This document shows positions 38,178 through 48,755 of a stretch of 64,000 nt of DNA, piece by piece; positions within the stretch are counted from its first letter, which is position 1; each line of letters begins with the position of its first letter. The stretch comes from an uncultured Muribaculaceae bacterium (lineage in GTDB: Bacteria > Bacteroidota > Bacteroidia > Bacteroidales > Muribaculaceae). The stretch spans positions 6,979 through 70,978 of the forward strand of contig CAJTTG010000007.1 of assembly GCA_910579185.1 (NCBI GenBank), written 5' to 3'. Below the pieces are notes generated by a model. The model saw only the letters and a list, made by a program, of their open reading frames with translations, was not told where the DNA came from and made no database searches. The position numbers and the translations under genes are program-made.

Positions 38178-39140
38178 GTATGAATTACGCCACGGCGCGT
38201 CCGGTTCTGCCTATTATGAAATGTGCTGATTACCTGAATGTTATCCGGACGCGGCATGCCGCCGTCCCTACATGCGTCAACATATTATGCTCCATTGAAA
38301 TTTTGGCGCGTCCGGCTCTGCCTATTATGAAATGTGCTGATTGCCTGAATGTTATCCGGCTCTGCACATCCATGGAAACGAACTGATTGCCTGAATGTTA
38401 CCTTGGCTTCACTCACCTGTAGGGACTGCGCCATGGCGCGTCCGACTCCACTCGCTCCTGCAAATATGTTGATTACCTGTGCGTTCCCCGGACGCGGCAT
38501 GCCGCAGTCCCTACATGTATCAACATATTAATCTCCATTGAAATTTTGGCGCGTCCGGCATCGCGCACCCATGTAAACGAACTGATTGTCTGAATGTTAC
38601 CTGGCTTCACTCGCCTGTATGTACTGCACCACGGCGCCTCCGGCTCCGCCCATCTATGAAATGCACTGATTGCCTGAATGTTACCTGGCTTCACTCGCTC
38701 CTACAAATATGTTGATTACCTGTGCGTTACCCGGACGCGGCATGCCGCCGTCCCTACATGTATCAACATATTAATCTCCATTGAAATTTTGGCGCGTCCG
38801 GCATCGCGCACCCATGTAAACGAACTGATTGTCTGAATGTTACCTGGCTTCACTCGCCTGTAGGGACTGCGCCATGGCGCGTCCGGCATCGCAATCTATG
38901 TAAACGGACTGATTACCTGAGTGTTACCCGTATTTACTCACCTGTAGGGACTGCGCCATGGCGCGTCCGACTCCACTCGCTCCTGCAAATATGTTGATTA
39001 CCTGCGCGTTATCGCGGACGCGGCATGCCGCAGTCCCTACATGTGTCAACATATTATGCTCCATTGAAAATTTGGCGCGTCCGGCATCGTCCACCCATAT
39101 AAACAGGCCGATTACCTGTGCGTTATCCGAACGCGGCACA
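38178..39140. repeat. BIME-like REP array with conserved linkers
   Basis: Forward REPs at 38419, 38860 and 38944, with degenerate copies at 38178 and 38617. Inverted REPs at 38246-38271, 38489-38514, 38732-38757 and 39015-39040. Recurring linkers TGATTRCCTGAATGTTA and TCCATTGAAATTTTGGCGCGTCCGG. Confidence 0.92.
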
Positions 39141-39176
39141 TGTATCAAATATTATTTCATCAATGCGAACAAACGG

Positions 39177-39208
39177 AAGGGGGTGGGGCCGAAAGGCCTC
39201 ACCCCCTT
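39177..39208 (-). terminator. Probable terminator of the PUL
   Basis: AAGGGGGTGGGGCC-gaaa-GGCCTCACCCCCTT hairpin just after the last PUL gene. Confidence 0.75.
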
Positions 39209-39269
39209 GGGTTGGAGCATTAATTAGCTTAAATTAACCAATCAAATTCGCTGTGCTCCATCAGAGTTC

Positions 39270-40316
39270 TTATTTCATCTTGACGATCCAGCCGCGGCTT
39301 ATGACTTCATTTTCTAAGTCCACGTTCCACCAGATAACAATCTTAGATGTTGCATCATCCTTGATTATCTTGGCTGTACCATCAAGCTCATATTTGGGAT
39401 TATAGTTGCCTGAATTATACTTAAATTCATATTTAGCCGCAACTTCTTGGTCTACAGCGGTACCTTGTGGATAGATCACATAATGGCCTCCGTAGTCGTA
39501 GTAGCCATTTCCGTAGCCTTCCCACAATCCGAAAGTATGAGTGCCGTCACCATTGTCGGCATCTTTCCATGTGTGGTACTGTTCACCATAGTAACGCAAG
39601 TCATAATTAATATTCTGAGTGAATTGATTACTCATAATATAGTAATCATTTTTGGTCTTTGCCTTGATATCCTCAATTTCGGATGCTGTAAATGCGTCGA
39701 AAGTAGGAGTGACGGTTACATTGATGGATGCGGTAAGATTTGAACAGTCAGTAACGGTAACAATCGCTACATATTCATCTCTACCTGAAGTTGCAGTCAT
39801 TGTGATAACGCCGGTCTCAGAGTTAATCGATGCTCTTACCTTCTCATTGTCAGTCTCCACGGTGTAGCCACCATTGCCAAGAACGACAGCGCATTCGCTT
39901 GAAGAGCTGCTGATGCCCAACGGAGTCACAAATGAATAATTTTCATGACTGAGAGTCATCGCCTCAGTAGTGTACACTGATACCGGGTAACGTTTATAGT
40001 TACCTGCTGCATCTGATACAACCACGTAAGTATTTCCGTTCTTCAAACCCTCTACGTATACAATGCCGTCTTCGCCTAAAGTTGCTTTTGCAATGCTTTC
40101 GTCGAGAGAGAATGCATTGTACTGGCCACCACCGGTAGCGATTGGGAGAGCAGCTTTGTTCTCTTCTCCGATTTTCACGCGCAGAGCGTCAGAATCAAAG
40201 GTAAGTTCCGGAACTTCTACTACGGGCACCACTTCATCGTCGTCATCGCAGGATGTGAACGCGAAGCCGCATGAGGTAGCAAGCACCAGACTTAGAAAAT
40301 AATATTTTAATTTCAT
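39270..40316 (-). CDS. PUL surface lipoprotein with Ig-like domains, probable glycan-binding protein
   Basis: Lipobox FTSC followed by DDDDE. Repeated 'GGGQY' / 'GNGGY' Ig-like modules. Confidence 0.7.
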   Translation of the reverse strand: MKLKYYFLSLVLATSCGFAFTSCDDDDEVVPVVEVPELTFDSDALRVKIGEENKAALPIATGGGQYNAFSLDESIAKATLGEDGIVYVEGLKNGNTYVVVSDAAGNYKRYPVSVYTTEAMTLSHENYSFVTPLGISSSSSECAVVLGNGGYTVETDNEKVRASINSETGVITMTATSGRDEYVAIVTVTDCSNLTASINVTVTPTFDAFTASEIEDIKAKTKNDYYIMSNQFTQNINYDLRYYGEQYHTWKDADNGDGTHTFGLWEGYGNGYYDYGGHYVIYPQGTAVDQEVAAKYEFKYNSGNYNPKYELDGTAKIIKDDATSKIVIWWNVDLENEVISRGWIVKMK

Positions 40317-40338
40317 GATTGTTTAAACTGTTTTAAGA

Positions 40339-41730
40339 TTAGAGCCAGTCTTTTTCATATTCTTTGCCGTCATAAACGAGTTCGTCGTCGTAGAGCAATC
40401 TTGCGGAACTCTGCATGGCGCTTTGGCGCATCTGGTTGCCGAAGTGAACGTGCAGACCATAGCCCTGAGAGCGCATTGTCGAAAGGTTTCCGGATGTGCG
40501 ACCTTGAGAGAACTCCCACGAATAGATACCCATGTTGAATCTCGGGACACCGGGGAAGCCGCTTTCATTGATATAGCTGCCACCATAGTTGGTCCAGATA
40601 AAGTCCATGAATTCGCCGGGTTCTGCGCCATCTACAGAAGGAAGACTTGAGAAGTCGTAGGTGTAGATGATGTTGTCGCGTTCAGGCTGAAGTTTCTTTA
40701 CTTCGTAGAACAGACGGGCTGCTGCTGCGTTCGACGGAGTTACAAAACCCTGGGGAGCCGGAGAAATCGGGCTACCGTATTCTGAGTTGTAGAACACACC
40801 GTCGAGTTTGTAAACGTCGCAGAGGGCTTTGATTTCCTGTGCGTAGTAGCGAGCGGTCTCGTCAGCGAGGTTGTTGACGTTGGCGCGGTCATGGTTGCCG
40901 AGGATCGACAGATAAACCTTCATGCCACGATCCTGCAGCGGCTGCAGATAGTGGTCACGGTTTGCAAGGATCGCGCTGACGTTCTCGTTCAAGCTCACGT
41001 ACACGCGGCCGGTCTCCTCATTGTAGTTGATGTTCGCAGCGAAAAGCATGATGGCGTCATAGTAAGTCTTGCCGCTGTTCTTCAAAGAGTATGAAGAACA
41101 TTCGAGGGGGTTCATGTCGTTGACCTCCATACACATCATTGTGCGGACGGCGGGAACTTCATTTCCATTGGCATCGAGAACATATTTTGTTGCGTCGGGC
41201 ATGCCGGTCAGATCCTTCACGAAGATCAGACGGGTCGCGCTGTTCTTGGTCAGCTGTGCGCCGCCGTTTACGGTTGCGCGCAGAGGAACAACGTAGCCTT
41301 TGTCGCTGTCGAGCGAACCGTCGGAGGTGATGGTCACTGTCATCGGCTCCGATACGCTTGCTCCGGCCTGCAGACGGGTTACGCCTCCGTTGGCCAGTGA
41401 GATCATCGATTCGGGCACTGCCTCGTAGCTTGTGCCGTTAACGGCATTGTACTGGTCAACGGCTGTTGCGTCGTAGGTGAATGCCACGTCGCAGTCGTGA
41501 TCGAGTTTTGAAAGGGTGTTGACATAGAGAGGCACATTTTCAGTTCCGTGCAGATCCACACTGGTGTAGATACGCTTGCCATCCTTGTCGGTAACGTAGA
41601 CAACCTGATCAGGAACTCCGATATTGGAGATGTCAGCCTGACCGAGCATCACGTCGTCCTCACAGGCAGTCAGCGAAGCCGCTGCAACTGCCGTGAGAAG
41701 ACCGTATGTAAGAAATTTATTGATTTTCAT
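40339..41730 (-). CDS. DUF1735 plus GH18 endo-beta-N-acetylglucosaminidase-like lipoprotein
   Basis: Lipobox LTAC. EndoF1-type motifs 'EVNDMNPL', 'LFAANINY' and 'LSILGNHD'. The catalytic motif reads DGVFYNSEY. Confidence 0.85.
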   Translation of the reverse strand: MKINKFLTYGLLTAVAAASLTACEDDVMLGQADISNIGVPDQVVYVTDKDGKRIYTSVDLHGTENVPLYVNTLSKLDHDCDVAFTYDATAVDQYNAVNGTSYEAVPESMISLANGGVTRLQAGASVSEPMTVTITSDGSLDSDKGYVVPLRATVNGGAQLTKNSATRLIFVKDLTGMPDATKYVLDANGNEVPAVRTMMCMEVNDMNPLECSSYSLKNSGKTYYDAIMLFAANINYNEETGRVYVSLNENVSAILANRDHYLQPLQDRGMKVYLSILGNHDRANVNNLADETARYYAQEIKALCDVYKLDGVFYNSEYGSPISPAPQGFVTPSNAAAARLFYEVKKLQPERDNIIYTYDFSSLPSVDGAEPGEFMDFIWTNYGGSYINESGFPGVPRFNMGIYSWEFSQGRTSGNLSTMRSQGYGLHVHFGNQMRQSAMQSSARLLYDDELVYDGKEYEKDWL

Positions 41731-41768
41731 TTCTGTATTATGATTGATTTAATGTTCAGAATATGTTG

Positions 41769-42917
41769 TTAAGGCAATGCCACGGGAAGCCATGTCAGGG
41801 TTGCGTTGGCGGTCATGTCGTAACCATTTGCATAGTCGTGGATTCTGTTGCCGTCGCCTTCATCCATCTTCCAATAAGCTACAAGACCGTCGCTTTCGGG
41901 ATCAACCTTGTAGAAATGGTTCTTGGAGTTGATCTCTTCTTTGGACAGGATGCGGTTCCATACACGCACTTCTGCCATGTCGCCCTGGAAGTCACGGTTA
42001 TTGCTGTAGGATTTGCCGATGAATGTCTGAGACGAGTTCCAGCTCACTGAGCCTCTGTTTGTAGAAGAGATGTCGCCACCTTTCTGAACACCGTCTATAT
42101 AGAACTGGCAAACGCCTGTTGATGCATCATAGGTGAATGTCAGGAACTGCCATTTCTCTTTCTCGATGGTCCACTGTGAGCTGGTCACATTGGATGAGTT
42201 GGCGAACTGCAACTGCAATGGAGGAACACCGGCGTCGCCGAAGCGGAGCAGACGGCTGCCCTCAATGCCGATCCAGGTAGAGATTCCTGAGTCATTGCCG
42301 TCGCCGAAGTCTGATCCCGGACGAACCAATGCTTCTACAGTGATCTGACTCATGTTGGCAAGATTCGTTGCTTGACTTGGATTGGCGAGGCTGAGGAAGT
42401 TTTCTGTCAGGTTAGTTACCCAGTTAACCAGAGATGCGCCGCGTACAACGAAGAATTTGGTCTTCTTGCTTGCAAGTACAGGGATCGATGAGCTGGCAAC
42501 GGTCACGGGCAGACAGTAGATATAATCCTCGTCGATTTCGCCGAGGTTCTTGATCTCTACGGCAACGGTGCTTGATTTGATACCGTCGGCGTTGATGATC
42601 GCTACAGGATCGGGAATTGAGTAGTACTCTTCCGGAAGCATGATCGCGTTCATGTGATACACTTCGTTGTACATGTCAACCAGCGAGGGATCCACGGCAT
42701 AGGTGATTGTCACCTCCTGTGCGGCCGGCTGGGGGATCTGTGCCTGTAGAGTGTAAGTGGCGGCATCCGCGCTTCCGTCAAGAAGCAGTGTTGTCACGCT
42801 CGACGCGCCATCCACAGATATTTTGTTGTCAAATGTCTCCATATCCTCGTTGCAGGATCCCATGAAGGCTCCGGCGGCGAGTATGGCGCAAATCGACAGA
42901 TATTTTGATGTTTTCAT
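41769..42917 (-). CDS. DUF1735 plus LamG domain surface glycan-binding lipoprotein
   Basis: Lipobox MGSC, 'YCLPVTV', LamG 'ITVEALV', 'EVRVWNRILS' and 'GLVAYWKMDEG'. Confidence 0.85.
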   Translation of the reverse strand: MKTSKYLSICAILAAGAFMGSCNEDMETFDNKISVDGASSVTTLLLDGSADAATYTLQAQIPQPAAQEVTITYAVDPSLVDMYNEVYHMNAIMLPEEYYSIPDPVAIINADGIKSSTVAVEIKNLGEIDEDYIYCLPVTVASSSIPVLASKKTKFFVVRGASLVNWVTNLTENFLSLANPSQATNLANMSQITVEALVRPGSDFGDGNDSGISTWIGIEGSRLLRFGDAGVPPLQLQFANSSNVTSSQWTIEKEKWQFLTFTYDASTGVCQFYIDGVQKGGDISSTNRGSVSWNSSQTFIGKSYSNNRDFQGDMAEVRVWNRILSKEEINSKNHFYKVDPESDGLVAYWKMDEGDGNRIHDYANGYDMTANATLTWLPVALP

Positions 42918-42938
42918 TGTTCTGTTATTGCTTGATGA

Positions 42939-43964
42939 TTACAAATTGCTGGGGTTTAGGATCTGGATTGCCTCGCGGACAACTTTGTAGGTTGTCGGAA
43001 GTGTGAAGTAATCGTAAGCCACATTAGTGAAACCGGCTGCTTTTACATTCTCTCCGCTTGCCCAGTTGGCGAGCGAGGTGATGCAGAGTGAGCCGTCGGC
43101 CATGTAGCCTACTTTCTCGTCGGCCGGATCTGTGTATGAGGTGATAATACCGAAACGGTCGGTGGGAACGCCTTCAACAGATGCCATGGCCTTTGCCATG
43201 CCGAAGCCATAGACAGAGTTGGCGCTCTGTGACTCTGACAGGAAGATCACGTGGCAGTCATTGACAAGATCCTTGTTGGCAACGTTCTGAGGCTTGCCAA
43301 AGAAGTCGATCTGCATTTCAGGATTGCGTGCGTGCCAGTCGGCCATGATGCCGATGAACACATTCTCCTGATTTTTGTATTCTGTCAGCTCTGTGCCTGT
43401 CAGGTGAGTGGTGTTCTTACCTGTGTAGGCAATCATGATACCGTCGAAATTGTTCTTCTTGACAAATGTAAGTGTTGTCGACGTGGTGTCGGTCAGGAAG
43501 TCAAGGAAGTCAACGTCATACGGCTCCTCCTCTGTGGCGAGGGCCACATGGTTTAGGTAAGCGAGTTTCATTGCGTCGAAGTCGATCACGTAGGAGAACT
43601 TCATTCCTCTGTTCTCGCGTGCAGCGTTCATATCGGCGACGGTAGCCGGAGCTATGTCGGCAGGATTGTTGAATACAACGAAGTCGATCGAGTCGGGCAG
43701 TGCGTCGATACGCTCCGCACGGGTGTTGGTCGTCTGGTCGCTGGTCGGGTTGTTGAACCACGCGTAAACTAACTTGTGGTCGGTCTGGCGGTACTGACGC
43801 AGGCCGGCAAGATATTTTGCATACGCGGCCGGGTCAACCTCGCCGGGTGTGTTGTAGACAAGGTCAACGCTTTCCGGTTCGGTCCAGTCGTCACAGGATG
43901 TCATTGTGCCGGCAGCAACGCAGGATGCGAGAAGCGCAAGTCCGAATTTATATATTTTATTCAT
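42939..43964 (-). CDS. GH18-like lipoprotein, probably non-catalytic
   Basis: 'CDDWTEPES', 'YAKYLAGLRQYRQTDH' and 'LPDSIDFV'. The catalytic position reads FDGIMIAY with no DxE. Confidence 0.8.
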   Translation of the reverse strand: MNKIYKFGLALLASCVAAGTMTSCDDWTEPESVDLVYNTPGEVDPAAYAKYLAGLRQYRQTDHKLVYAWFNNPTSDQTTNTRAERIDALPDSIDFVVFNNPADIAPATVADMNAARENRGMKFSYVIDFDAMKLAYLNHVALATEEEPYDVDFLDFLTDTTSTTLTFVKKNNFDGIMIAYTGKNTTHLTGTELTEYKNQENVFIGIMADWHARNPEMQIDFFGKPQNVANKDLVNDCHVIFLSESQSANSVYGFGMAKAMASVEGVPTDRFGIITSYTDPADEKVGYMADGSLCITSLANWASGENVKAAGFTNVAYDYFTLPTTYKVVREAIQILNPSNL

Positions 43965-43994
43965 GATTGTTTGTTATATGTTTACGTGTTAGAA

Positions 43995-45650
43995 TCAAAG
44001 ACCGGGTTTGCAATCCCACCATACACGGGTTGCCAGATTGTCCGGACCTTTCAGGTAGTCAGCCACAGCTTTCTGCACGTTGGCCAGGTTGTCGGTATAT
44101 TCTGCCGATGGATAGGGCATACGGCGAGGTCCGCGGTTGATGTCAACAACGTTTGAGCCGTTGTAGGCAACCGGGATAAGGAACGGATAACCGGTGCGGC
44201 GGTAATCAGCCCATGCTTCGTTGCCGAGCTTCCAGTTGGCGAGCCATTTCTGGGTGATGATCTTCTGCTGTTTTGCCTCTTTGTCGAGGGTTTCGTCCCA
44301 CTTGATGGTAACGGCAGGAATTGTTCCGTTCCAGGGGTTGAGACCGGTCGGATCATAGAACTGTGCCGGAACAGAGGTTGCGTCGGCAATGTATGCTGCG
44401 TAAGCGTCACCAACACCATAGTCCTCCAATGAGAGCTGGATGCCCTTGTTGTAGAAGGTCTCGGCATCGCCGCCCATATCCCATCCGAACACTGCTGCGC
44501 CTTCTGCGCGGAGGAAGCATACTTCCGATGCGTTCATCCAAAGGGCAGGTGTGTTACCGGCAATGTTGATGTCGGAGAAGCGTACGCTCCATGAGGTGTT
44601 GAATGTCTGCCATCCGCGGCGTATGCCGATATACTGGCAGGAGATACCCTCCGGTGAAGTCATCCAGCTGCCGTCTGCGTTCTTGAACTGCTCGGGAGTA
44701 TCGTAGCTGGCGTTGGGCAGACCTGATTCAGTAAGATACTTTTCGGTACGGGGATCTTTGTAACCGTTGAGGTAGCATGCGATCTCAGCCGAAGGACGTG
44801 AGTCGTGGGCGTTGTACATGATAGCCGTACGCATCGAGTTGGTCGATGTTGCGTAGTTCTTCCATGTGGCGTTCTGCTCGTTGGTCTCGATGATGCCGCC
44901 GTTGGCAGGATTGATGGCCTCTTCTGCTTTCTGTTTGGCCAATGTCGGGTTAGCGTAGGAGATACGCAGGGCCAGACGCAGCTGCAGTGAGTTGGCGAAA
45001 CGGATCCAGTTGCTGAGCACACCGCTGTAAACCTTGTCTACAAGTGGGCTGAGTGCTTCATCGGGATTGTCGAGAAGGATCTGACGGGCTTCGGCGAGTT
45101 CGTCGAAGAATTTGTTGTAGATCTCTTCCTGAGAATCGTAGGGAGTTTTCACTGCACCCTCGAAACCGATCGCGCTGTAGGGGATAGGTCCGTAGCAGTC
45201 GGTTACACGGTGCATTGCGGCTACCTTTATGATCTGGGCAACTGCCATCGGGACGATATCGCCGTTGGTTTCGCAGTAGCCTTCCACCATTGATATGTTG
45301 GTGAAGAGTGTCGAGATGATCTTCGAGTCGCTCATGAACACTGAGGTCCAGTTGTCGGGCGCGTTGTTGCGCACGTACGATGTTGTGAAGTTGGCGCCAT
45401 CAGAGAAATATCCGCCGAGTGTGCCGCCGAGCAGACAGTCAACGAACTGGGTGCAGTTGACATCCGAAGGTGCTACGGTGCTGCATATATTGGTCATCGA
45501 TGAAACCAGAGCGAAACCATCTGCAGTAAGGTCGCCGGGTTGCGCTTGGTTGGAGTTGATGTCCAGATAGTCGCCCGTGCAGGCTGTGGCAGCTAACAGA
45601 AGAGCGCCGCCGGCCATTAGTTTGTTTATCTTGATTTCCATTTTGGGCAT
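43995..45650 (-). CDS. susD: SusD/RagB family lipoprotein
   Basis: 'HRVTDCYGPIPYS', 'RFANSLQLRLALR', 'IITQKWLA' and 'EAWADYRRTGYP'. Confidence 0.95.
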   Translation of the reverse strand: MPKMEIKINKLMAGGALLLAATACTGDYLDINSNQAQPGDLTADGFALVSSMTNICSTVAPSDVNCTQFVDCLLGGTLGGYFSDGANFTTSYVRNNAPDNWTSVFMSDSKIISTLFTNISMVEGYCETNGDIVPMAVAQIIKVAAMHRVTDCYGPIPYSAIGFEGAVKTPYDSQEEIYNKFFDELAEARQILLDNPDEALSPLVDKVYSGVLSNWIRFANSLQLRLALRISYANPTLAKQKAEEAINPANGGIIETNEQNATWKNYATSTNSMRTAIMYNAHDSRPSAEIACYLNGYKDPRTEKYLTESGLPNASYDTPEQFKNADGSWMTSPEGISCQYIGIRRGWQTFNTSWSVRFSDINIAGNTPALWMNASEVCFLRAEGAAVFGWDMGGDAETFYNKGIQLSLEDYGVGDAYAAYIADATSVPAQFYDPTGLNPWNGTIPAVTIKWDETLDKEAKQQKIITQKWLANWKLGNEAWADYRRTGYPFLIPVAYNGSNVVDINRGPRRMPYPSAEYTDNLANVQKAVADYLKGPDNLATRVWWDCKPGL

Positions 45651-45653
45651 TGA

Positions 45654-48600
45654 TTAGAAGTTGAAGTTAAGATTGAAACCGAAGTTACGCAGTGACGGCA
45701 TCATGAAGTTGTCGATACCCTGGAAATAGTTTCCGGCAGATGCGACTGCTTCGGGATCGTAGGGAGCCTTGTTGTAGATCATCCACAGGTTGCGGCCAAC
45801 GAGCGATACTTTGATATCACATACATTGTGGAGCCACTTTCTGGGGATCAGGTAGCTGAGGGTAGCTTCCTGCAGACGTACGTTGGTTGCCGAGTAGGTA
45901 TAGTACTGCGGAATTGTCTCGCCGCCGGAGATCAGGCCGTACCACTGTTCGGGGTTCACGCGGTCGCCGTTGTTGAGCTCAACATAGCCGAGATCACGGG
46001 CTGCGCCTGTAGCCTCTGATACACCGTACTGGTCAAGGACAGCCTGGGTGCGTGAGTAAACGATACCACCGAAGCGTGCCGAGATCATGAAGCTTGCAGA
46101 GAGGTTTTTCCAGCGGAATGTGTTGTTCCATGCAAGGTTGCCCTTGGGAAGAACGCTACCGAGTTTGATGGGGTTGTCGGCCACTGATACAGACGAAACG
46201 TTGCCGTTGGCATCGATGTAGATGTTGCCGTTGGAGTCGCGCTGCAGGTCGAGCATTGAATAGAGGTCACCCATTGTGCCACCTTCGCGGAGGATGAAGC
46301 GAGTTGCACCAACCTGAGTGTCGCTCATCACGAGCTGGTCGATGGAGAGCTTTTCACCGGTGATCGGGTTGTAGGCGTTGCGGCCAAGTTCGATGATCTT
46401 ATTCTTGTTGAATGAATAGGTCATGTTGGATGTCCAGGTGAAGTCACCCCATGTGTGGTCATAGCCGAGGGCGAATTCCATACCCCAGTTGCGGATGTTA
46501 CCGGTCTGGATGTAGATCTTGTCGTATTTACCAACGGGGATGTTGGGGTTGAATGTCTGGTTGTAGGTGTCAGCCTGATACCAGGTTGCGTCGAAGGTGA
46601 AATCCTTGAGGAAGCGGAAGTTCATACCTACTTCCCATGATTTTGTACGTTCGGGCTGCAGGTTGTCAACAGGATACTGGGTCAGGACTGACCATGTGCC
46701 GTTCTTCCACTCATAACGCGGATTTGCGATGTAGCGCTGGAATGCGGTACCTACGGATGCCCATGATGCACGGATCTTCCAGAACGAGAGATATTCCTGA
46801 GGAATGTCGATGCCTGCGTCTGCGAACATTTGGGTCATCAGGATTGACACGCCGACAGAGGGGTAGAAGAATGAAGAAGACTTCGAGTTAGGACCTGCGA
46901 GGGCTGAAGGCCAGTCGTTACGGCCGGTCAGTGTCAGATAGTAGGTCTGCTTGTAGCCGAGGTCGGCGGATGCGTAGATTGACTGGGTCTGCTCGTGCCA
47001 CATGTCCCAAGTCTTGGTAGCGTTGCGCGAGATGTTGTTGATCGAGAAGAAGTTGGTCAGCAATGCATCCTGGCCGGGATAGTTCTCTGATCCGTCAGGG
47101 ATACCGCCGCGGTTGTCGATGGCGTCGTAGCGCATGTCGGAGATTGATCCACCGAAGTTGGCCTGGAGGTTCCAGTCTTCGCCGAGATCTTTGTTGAAGC
47201 TTGCGAGGAAGTCAGCATATATCTGCTTTTCTTTGTAGTTGGTCTCGCCGTAGTAGCCACGCTCTGAGTTGTCGCAGAGGTTACCGATTGTTCCGGCGTA
47301 GCGTTTGTCGGTTGACTTTGTGTTGGAGTTGTCGATGCGTACGCGGCCGCTCAAGGTCAGGTAGGGGAGTACCTTATATGAGAGCTGTGCGCCCAACATA
47401 TAGCGATCCTTGGAGTTCTCACGGACGTTGCGGTAGTTGACCCAGTAGGGGTTCTGTGCGGTCAAGCCGTAGTCTCCGTATGCCCAGTTCTGGGTAGAAA
47501 TCTTGCGGGCCGGATCCCATTTCTCATACATGCGCACATCTTCCCAGTCGTTGCCACGGGGGAACAGGTAAGCGCCCACGATCGGGTTCATGTAAGAGCC
47601 CTGGTTGATCATGTTGCGGTCGCTTTGGTAGATGTAGCTTGCGTTGAGGTCAAGGGTCATCTTGTCGTCGAGGAACTTGGATGTGTTGCGGAATGTGAAG
47701 TTGTAGCGGTCGTAACGGTCGTTGGGCACGATGCCTTTCGAGTTGACGGCGGCTGCGGAAGCGTAGGTCTGGTTCTTTTCAGTACCGGTTGAGAATGTAA
47801 CCGAGTTGGTGGCAACGAAACCGGTCTGGAAATAGTCGTCGGCAACGTCGTAACCATAGTTGTTGTATTTGGTCAGACGTGAGCCCCAGCTGTAGGATGA
47901 AGTCGGGTCGATAGCGCCGTTCTGACCTGCACCGTAGTTGTTCTGGAAACGGGGAAGGATCCATGCACGGTTCCATTCGAGGTTTGATCCCACGGTGATT
48001 TTGGTCTTGCCTGCCTGGCCTTTCTTGGTGGTGATGACGATAGCACCGTTGGCTGCGTCTGAACCATAAAGTGCGGCTGCGGCTGCACCGGTCAGCACTG
48101 ACATTGATTCGATGTCGTCGGGGTTGAGGTCGGCGATAGGCTCGGTGGCACCGGCGGATCCGAATGCGCCTGCATCACCGGTTGAGCGTGCCGAACGCAT
48201 CGGCATGCCGTCAACCACGTAGAGGGCGTTGGACGACTGCATGATTGATTTTGTACCACGCATCACTACTTTCGAGATACCACCGGTACCCGATGACGAT
48301 GCGTTGATGTTCACACCGGCAACCTTACCGGCAAGTGAGTTGACGAAGTTGGCGTCCTTGTTGGTTGTCAGGACATCGCCTTTTACCTGCTGTACGTTGT
48401 ACGACAGTGACTTCTGCTCGCGCTTGATGCCGAGTGCGGTCACCACAACTTCATCGAGAGTTTTGGAATCCTCCACCATGACTACGTCGAGGGTCGATCC
48501 CGTAACTTTGATTTCCTGGGGTTGATAGCCGATGTATGAGAAACTCAGCACATCACCCTCGGCAGCATTAATGGAGAATTCACCATCAATGTTAGTCTGA

Positions 48601-48755
48601 GTACCGAACTGCGTGCCTTTCACTATGACTGACACGCCGATCAGAGGCTCGCCGCTGTTATCGGTCACCGTGCCCTTCACCTTCAGATTGGCTGCGAAAG
48701 CCATCATCGGGAGAAGCATGAGAGCGAATAACAGACTTGTTACCTTTGCCTTCAT
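45654..48755 (-). CDS. susC: SusC/RagA TonB-dependent transporter
   Basis: 'LDEVVVTALGIKR', 'NPDDIESMSVLTGAAAAALYGS' and terminal 'FNLNFNF'. Confidence 0.97.
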   Translation of the reverse strand: MKAKVTSLLFALMLLPMMAFAANLKVKGTVTDNSGEPLIGVSVIVKGTQFGTQTNIDGEFSINAAEGDVLSFSYIGYQPQEIKVTGSTLDVVMVEDSKTLDEVVVTALGIKREQKSLSYNVQQVKGDVLTTNKDANFVNSLAGKVAGVNINASSSGTGGISKVVMRGTKSIMQSSNALYVVDGMPMRSARSTGDAGAFGSAGATEPIADLNPDDIESMSVLTGAAAAALYGSDAANGAIVITTKKGQAGKTKITVGSNLEWNRAWILPRFQNNYGAGQNGAIDPTSSYSWGSRLTKYNNYGYDVADDYFQTGFVATNSVTFSTGTEKNQTYASAAAVNSKGIVPNDRYDRYNFTFRNTSKFLDDKMTLDLNASYIYQSDRNMINQGSYMNPIVGAYLFPRGNDWEDVRMYEKWDPARKISTQNWAYGDYGLTAQNPYWVNYRNVRENSKDRYMLGAQLSYKVLPYLTLSGRVRIDNSNTKSTDKRYAGTIGNLCDNSERGYYGETNYKEKQIYADFLASFNKDLGEDWNLQANFGGSISDMRYDAIDNRGGIPDGSENYPGQDALLTNFFSINNISRNATKTWDMWHEQTQSIYASADLGYKQTYYLTLTGRNDWPSALAGPNSKSSSFFYPSVGVSILMTQMFADAGIDIPQEYLSFWKIRASWASVGTAFQRYIANPRYEWKNGTWSVLTQYPVDNLQPERTKSWEVGMNFRFLKDFTFDATWYQADTYNQTFNPNIPVGKYDKIYIQTGNIRNWGMEFALGYDHTWGDFTWTSNMTYSFNKNKIIELGRNAYNPITGEKLSIDQLVMSDTQVGATRFILREGGTMGDLYSMLDLQRDSNGNIYIDANGNVSSVSVADNPIKLGSVLPKGNLAWNNTFRWKNLSASFMISARFGGIVYSRTQAVLDQYGVSEATGAARDLGYVELNNGDRVNPEQWYGLISGGETIPQYYTYSATNVRLQEATLSYLIPRKWLHNVCDIKVSLVGRNLWMIYNKAPYDPEAVASAGNYFQGIDNFMMPSLRNFGFNLNFNF

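Noticed and set aside
38178..39140. CRISPR array or coding ORFs in the repeat region
   Set aside because: Repeats alternate in orientation and the linkers are themselves repeated. The short ORFs are translations of repeat DNA.
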